A DNA stretch of 64,000 nt. It comes from Candidatus Uhrbacteria bacterium (lineage in GTDB: Bacteria > Patescibacteriota > Patescibacteriia > UBA9934 > GWF2-40-263). Both the position numbers and the translations under genes were made by a program. The stretch covers positions 18,606 to 82,605 of the forward strand of contig JACPHX010000003.1 of the NCBI GenBank assembly GCA_016188425.1. The letters are read 5' to 3'. This document shows positions 59,890 to 64,000 of the stretch, in pieces. The stretch's first letter is position 1. Each line of letters begins with the position of its first letter. The notes below the pieces were generated by a model, which was not told the DNA's origin, ran no database searches, and saw only the letters and a list, made by a program, of their open reading frames with translations.

Positions 59890-59953
59890 ATCTTGTTGTG
59901 TGGCCAAGTGGCACGCCCCTTGGCCACACAATATAAGAATCTGAATAAAACTA

Positions 59954-62602
59954 TTACAAGGATTGCAGCTGTCCCGCCAGCAAAGCCACCTTTTCCTGCG
60001 CCTCTGCAATCAACTTCTTCGTCTGTTCAATAATCTCCACCGGCGCGTTGGCGGCAAAATCCTTGTTCGCGAGACGAGCCGATGTCGAGGTGATATATTT
60101 CTGCGTCTGTTCCAGCTCTTTGGACAAACGCGCTAGCTCGGCCGCTGGGTCGATGAGTCCCGCCAGGTCGACATACACCGAAACCGTGCCCGCCATGGCG
60201 CAGGCCAATCCTTTCTGATGAAGTGGAGTTTCCAGGAACGTGAGCGACTCCGTCTTCCCCATCGTTTCAATGACGGCTGATTCTTCTTTGAGGATCGTCG
60301 CATCTTTTGCAAAGACAGACACGCGGACGCGCTGGCCTGGAGGGAGGCGATACAAGGAACGGAGCGTGCGGATCGAAGAGACGACGGACATGACTTGGTC
60401 GAATTCCATGACGGCCGGCGCGACCATCTCTTTGGGCCAAGCGGCAGCAAGCAACAAATCCTTGTTCCCCATTTTCTCCCAAATCACTTCCGTCACGAAC
60501 GGCATGAAAGGATGCCAAAGGCGGATAAGTTTATCCAAAACGTACAGCAATATCTTTTCTGTATTCGCAGATGACTGCGTTTTGGCAATTTCAAGATACC
60601 AATCAGCAAATTCCGACCAGGTAAACTCACGCAACGTTTCACCGGCGGCCGACAATTCGTAGGCGGCCAAATGACGCGTGACCAGATAATGAGTATTCGC
60701 GAGGCGAGCGATAATCCATGCGTCTGCGCGCGTGGCCGGCTCAACCTGTTCTGGAACCATCGTTTGTTCAACCTTCGTAAGAACAAACCGAGAAATATTC
60801 CACAGCTTATTCGTGAAATGTTTGTATCCCGCGATCTTCTCTTCGTTCAGTTTCGAATCATTCCCCGGCGTCGATCCAATCAAAAGCGACAACCGCGTCG
60901 CATCCGCACCGTACTTATTAATCATCTCCAAAGGATCGATAATGTTCCCCAGCGACTTGCTCATCTTCCTTCCCTTCTCATCGCGGACGAGTCCGTGCAA
61001 ATACGCATCCTTGAACGGAATGTCTCCGAGAAGATACGTCGTCATCAAAATCATCCGGGCGACCCAGAAAAAGAGGATGTCGTAGCCTGTTTCGAGAACC
61101 GTCGTCGGATGGAACGTTTTGAGATCGGATGTTTCATCTGGCCACCCAAGGGACGAGAATGTCCAAAGCCCGGAGGAAAACCAAGTGTCGAGGGTGTCGG
61201 AATCCTGTTCCCATCCATCCCCGGACGGCGCGATGCCCACCTGTATTTCCTGTCCTCCCCCCTCCCCCCTCCCCCCTCCCCCCTTGCAATACCAAACAGG
61301 TACCCTGTGACCAAACCAAATCTGACGGCTGATATTCCAGTCGCGGAGGTTATTGATCCAATGGAAGTACGTTTTTTCGAAACGTTCGGGGAGAATCTTG
61401 ATCTGTCCGTTCTTCACGACCGTCTGCATGAGCTGTTTGAGCGTGACCTGATCGCCCGCTTGGATGCCGTCGAGTTTAGATTGCCGCATTTTAAACGGCT
61501 TGTTCACATCGATGAACCACTGCTCCTTGATTTGCGGCTCGATAATGCCTTCCCCACGACTGTTTACCGCCACGCGGTGGATGTATTTCTCATCGACCTT
61601 CACGAGCAACCCTTTCTCTTCTAATTTTTTGACGATTTTCTTTCTCGCTTCCTTGATCGGAAGACCTGCAAACCCACCCGCGATTGGGAGAAGCTTACCC
61701 TCCATATCGATAACGGGTTCAATCGCGAGACCGTGTCGTTTGGCGATTTCAAAGTCGGTCGCGTCGTGTGATGGAGTGATCGTCATGACACCGCTCCCAA
61801 AAGCCATATCGATCGCCTCATCTTTGATGACCGTTGCGGTGATGGGGCCGTTGATCCATTCCAAATCGATCTGCTGACCGTCTTTGTACTGGGCGTACCG
61901 TTCATCATTTGGATGCATGACGACGTGTTTGTCACCAAATTTCGTCTCAGGACGAGACGTGGCGATGACGAACGGACCGTATTGGAAATAATAAAACGGG
62001 GCGCGTTCTTCTCTGTAATCGACTTCGTCGTCGGAAACGGTCGTCTGAAGCACGGGATCCCAATTCACTATTCGTTTCCCTCGATAGATGAGTCCGTCCT
62101 CATACATCCGTTTGAACGCCTCATTGACCGCCCGGTTACGAGCATTGTCCAATGTATATGCCTCGCGGGACCAATCGACGGAGGCGCCCATCTTTTTCAT
62201 CTGGTTGACGATGGTGTCGTGAGAATCGGAGGCGAACGTGCGGACGCGATCCAGAAACGCTTCACGCCCGAGGTCGTGGCGCGACTTCCCTTCCTCCATG
62301 AGAATCCCCTCGACTTTGCTCTGCGTGGCGATCGCCGCATGGTCGGTCCCTGGAAGCCAAAGGGTCTTCTTGCCTTGCATGCGCGCCGTGCGTGTCAGTA
62401 CATCCTCAACCGCCAGCATCACTGCGTGGCCCATGTGGAGGGTGCCGGTGACGTTTGGAGGGGGCAACATGATCGTAAAGGGCTCCTTCCTCTCCCCTGG
62501 AAGTTTGTCGGGATTAAAAAACCCGCTGTCCATTTCTTGTTTATAAATACGATCCTCATGCTCGGCTGCCTCGTACGCTTTGGGAAAGTCCTTTTCATCC
62601 AT
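59954..62602 (-). CDS. valS: Valyl-tRNA synthetase
   Basis: PPPNVTG.LHMGHA, PGTDHA.IATQ, DWNISRQ, DTWFSS, KMSKS, C-terminal coiled coil. Confidence 0.97.
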   Translation of the reverse strand: MDEKDFPKAYEAAEHEDRIYKQEMDSGFFNPDKLPGERKEPFTIMLPPPNVTGTLHMGHAVMLAVEDVLTRTARMQGKKTLWLPGTDHAAIATQSKVEGILMEEGKSRHDLGREAFLDRVRTFASDSHDTIVNQMKKMGASVDWSREAYTLDNARNRAVNEAFKRMYEDGLIYRGKRIVNWDPVLQTTVSDDEVDYREERAPFYYFQYGPFVIATSRPETKFGDKHVVMHPNDERYAQYKDGQQIDLEWINGPITATVIKDEAIDMAFGSGVMTITPSHDATDFEIAKRHGLAIEPVIDMEGKLLPIAGGFAGLPIKEARKKIVKKLEEKGLLVKVDEKYIHRVAVNSRGEGIIEPQIKEQWFIDVNKPFKMRQSKLDGIQAGDQVTLKQLMQTVVKNGQIKILPERFEKTYFHWINNLRDWNISRQIWFGHRVPVWYCKGGGGRGEGGGQEIQVGIAPSGDGWEQDSDTLDTWFSSGLWTFSSLGWPDETSDLKTFHPTTVLETGYDILFFWVARMILMTTYLLGDIPFKDAYLHGLVRDEKGRKMSKSLGNIIDPLEMINKYGADATRLSLLIGSTPGNDSKLNEEKIAGYKHFTNKLWNISRFVLTKVEQTMVPEQVEPATRADAWIIARLANTHYLVTRHLAAYELSAAGETLREFTWSEFADWYLEIAKTQSSANTEKILLYVLDKLIRLWHPFMPFVTEVIWEKMGNKDLLLAAAWPKEMVAPAVMEFDQVMSVVSSIRTLRSLYRLPPGQRVRVSVFAKDATILKEESAVIETMGKTESLTFLETPLHQKGLACAMAGTVSVYVDLAGLIDPAAELARLSKELEQTQKYITSTSARLANKDFAANAPVEIIEQTKKLIAEAQEKVALLAGQLQSL
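61256..61284 (-). repeat. Four G6 tracts (7-nt tandem repeat) inside valS
   Basis: Plus strand T(C6T)4; encodes GGGGRGEGGG. Confidence 0.85.
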
Positions 62603-62642
62603 ATGGGGAGTAGGATAGGAAAAAAATGAAGCATTGGCAAAC

Positions 62643-62710
62643 AGGGTCGCAAGTGTTTCAAGTGTCTCAAGGGTAGCAAGGGCACGTACTTCCGAATGCC
62701 CTTGAAACCC
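62643..62710. repeat. 9-nt CAAG(G/T)G repeat hairpin between valS and the DHH gene
   Basis: gtcgcaagt-gtttcaagt-gtctcaagg-gtagcaagg; shares CGAATGCCCTTGA with 1600-1612. Confidence 0.65.
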
Positions 62711-62768
62711 TCACCACCCTTCCCCTTGACCCACTTTCCTGCTCCCTGTACGCTCCTCCTCTTCTCCT

Positions 62769-63914
62769 ATGGCTCTTACACCCGTAGAACAAGCGTTTGA
62801 TGCTTTGTCTCGATCTAACCGGCCCCTCATTGTCCTCCCCGCTCATGCGGCCGAGGATGAGTTCGCGTCGGCGCTGGCGCTTGCAGAAAACGGCCGCGTG
62901 CAGAACAAAACCATTGAAATCGTCAGTGCCGCTTCTTTTCCCTCCTCGCTCTCTTTTTTGAAAAAAAACCAGGATATCCGTTCCTCGCTGGGCTCCCTGC
63001 GCCGATTCGCCCTGGAAGTCGACCTCTCCCGCGTCCCAATCCAGGAACTTTCCTATGAACAGAAGGAAGGGAAGCTCCGCGTCCTGCTCACGCCAAAATC
63101 AAACCTCTGGAAACAAGAAGAGGTAGCGATCAAGCCGGAATCCTATAAGCACGACCTCGTCATCGCGATCGGAACGCCTGATCGTGAGTCCTTGGGCCCC
63201 CTCTTTGCTGCCGAGCGCGATTTCTTCTTTGAGACGCCGACGATCCTCATCGATCACCGCCCCGAGAACAGCCGCTTCGGACACTACGACCTTGCGGACG
63301 TGACGGCCGCGTCGTGCGCGGAGGTCTGTTATCGGCTGCTGACGCACAAAGGCGCCAAGGTGAACGCCGACATCGCGACTTTGCTCCTCACTGGCATCAT
63401 CGCGAAGACCCGCAGTTTTACGAAGCCGCAGACAACCCCGCGGACGCTCGACATAGCGGGCGCGCTCATGTCCGCCGGCGCGGACCGCGACCGCATCGGC
63501 CACGAGCTGTTCCGCACGCGCTCGGTGGCGGACTTGCGCCTGTGGGGACGCGCGCTTGCGCGCCTTGTGCTCGAGAAAGACATTCCGCTGGTCTGGAGCG
63601 CCATCTCCCAACAAGATCTCCTCCAATCCGGCGTCCCGCATCCAGACCTTTCGACCCTCGCGCGCGAGCTCATGATGAGCTCCAAGGACGCGCGGCTCTC
63701 GCTCATATTCCTGGAAGAGGGTCCCCAGATGATCCGCGTATCGCTCCTCACCGAGGCGCCACTCGATGCCCGCCTCCTCCTGGAACCTTTCGGTGGCATC
63801 GGCCATCGAGAGGAAGCCAGGGCGACGATTACATCGACGATCAGCGACGCGGTAGAGCGCGTGCGGACGAGTGTGGCAGCAACGATGAAACGCCTGTATC
63901 CTTCTCAAACATAA
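62769..63914 (+). CDS. DHH-family (NrnA-like) protein with degenerate motifs
   Basis: IDHRPEN, ASCAE, ATLLLTGII..T, FGGIGH. Confidence 0.75.
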   Translation: MALTPVEQAFDALSRSNRPLIVLPAHAAEDEFASALALAENGRVQNKTIEIVSAASFPSSLSFLKKNQDIRSSLGSLRRFALEVDLSRVPIQELSYEQKEGKLRVLLTPKSNLWKQEEVAIKPESYKHDLVIAIGTPDRESLGPLFAAERDFFFETPTILIDHRPENSRFGHYDLADVTAASCAEVCYRLLTHKGAKVNADIATLLLTGIIAKTRSFTKPQTTPRTLDIAGALMSAGADRDRIGHELFRTRSVADLRLWGRALARLVLEKDIPLVWSAISQQDLLQSGVPHPDLSTLARELMMSSKDARLSLIFLEEGPQMIRVSLLTEAPLDARLLLEPFGGIGHREEARATITSTISDAVERVRTSVAATMKRLYPSQT

Positions 63915-63940
63915 AACGGGGATCTCTCCCCGTTTTATGT
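63909..63940. terminator. Bidirectional intrinsic terminator
   Basis: ACATAAAACGGGGA-TCTC-TCCCCGTTTTATGT. Confidence 0.75.
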
Positions 63941-64000
63941 TTGCTTATGGCGTGACAGGCGCTGGCTTGGGCGCCGGTACCGGTTTTGGAGTAGATGCTG

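Overview
The host backbone is GC-rich and lacks Shine-Dalgarno motifs. It carries groEL/groES with a CIRCE element, an O-antigen ligase-like gene, yidC, nusA, yraN, a DAG-kinase family gene, bactofilin, argS, tyrS, valS and a DHH protein; this content and style suggest a Patescibacteria/CPR genome (inference). Two adjacent tRNA genes each carry an element integrated at the 3' CCA end by a large serine recombinase (LSR). The first is a decayed ~5.5 kb island at tRNA-Leu(GAG) (8281-13804) with an IS256, a phosphatase/nucleotidyltransferase/2H-phosphoesterase cassette and DUF5131. The second is a ~41.5 kb siphovirus-like prophage at tRNA-Val(TAC) (14089-55646). In both elements attP lies inside the integrase ORF: the integrated gene ends in a short tail read from the antisense tRNA, and manual reconstruction of the excised circle gives a different, longer in-frame C-terminus from the far end of the element. 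Both attP arms carry a T-loop-like motif shifted by exactly 5 bp relative to the tRNA. The prophage also holds metK and a ~10 kb defence moron (controller HTH, HsdM fused to half-HsdS, CBASS-like pair, PARIS-like ATPase-TOPRIM, HsdR, nuclease, tiny acidic protein). It has two copies of a putative terminator/antiterminator leader and frameshifted neck genes. All calls come from motif recognition by eye; no database searches were run.
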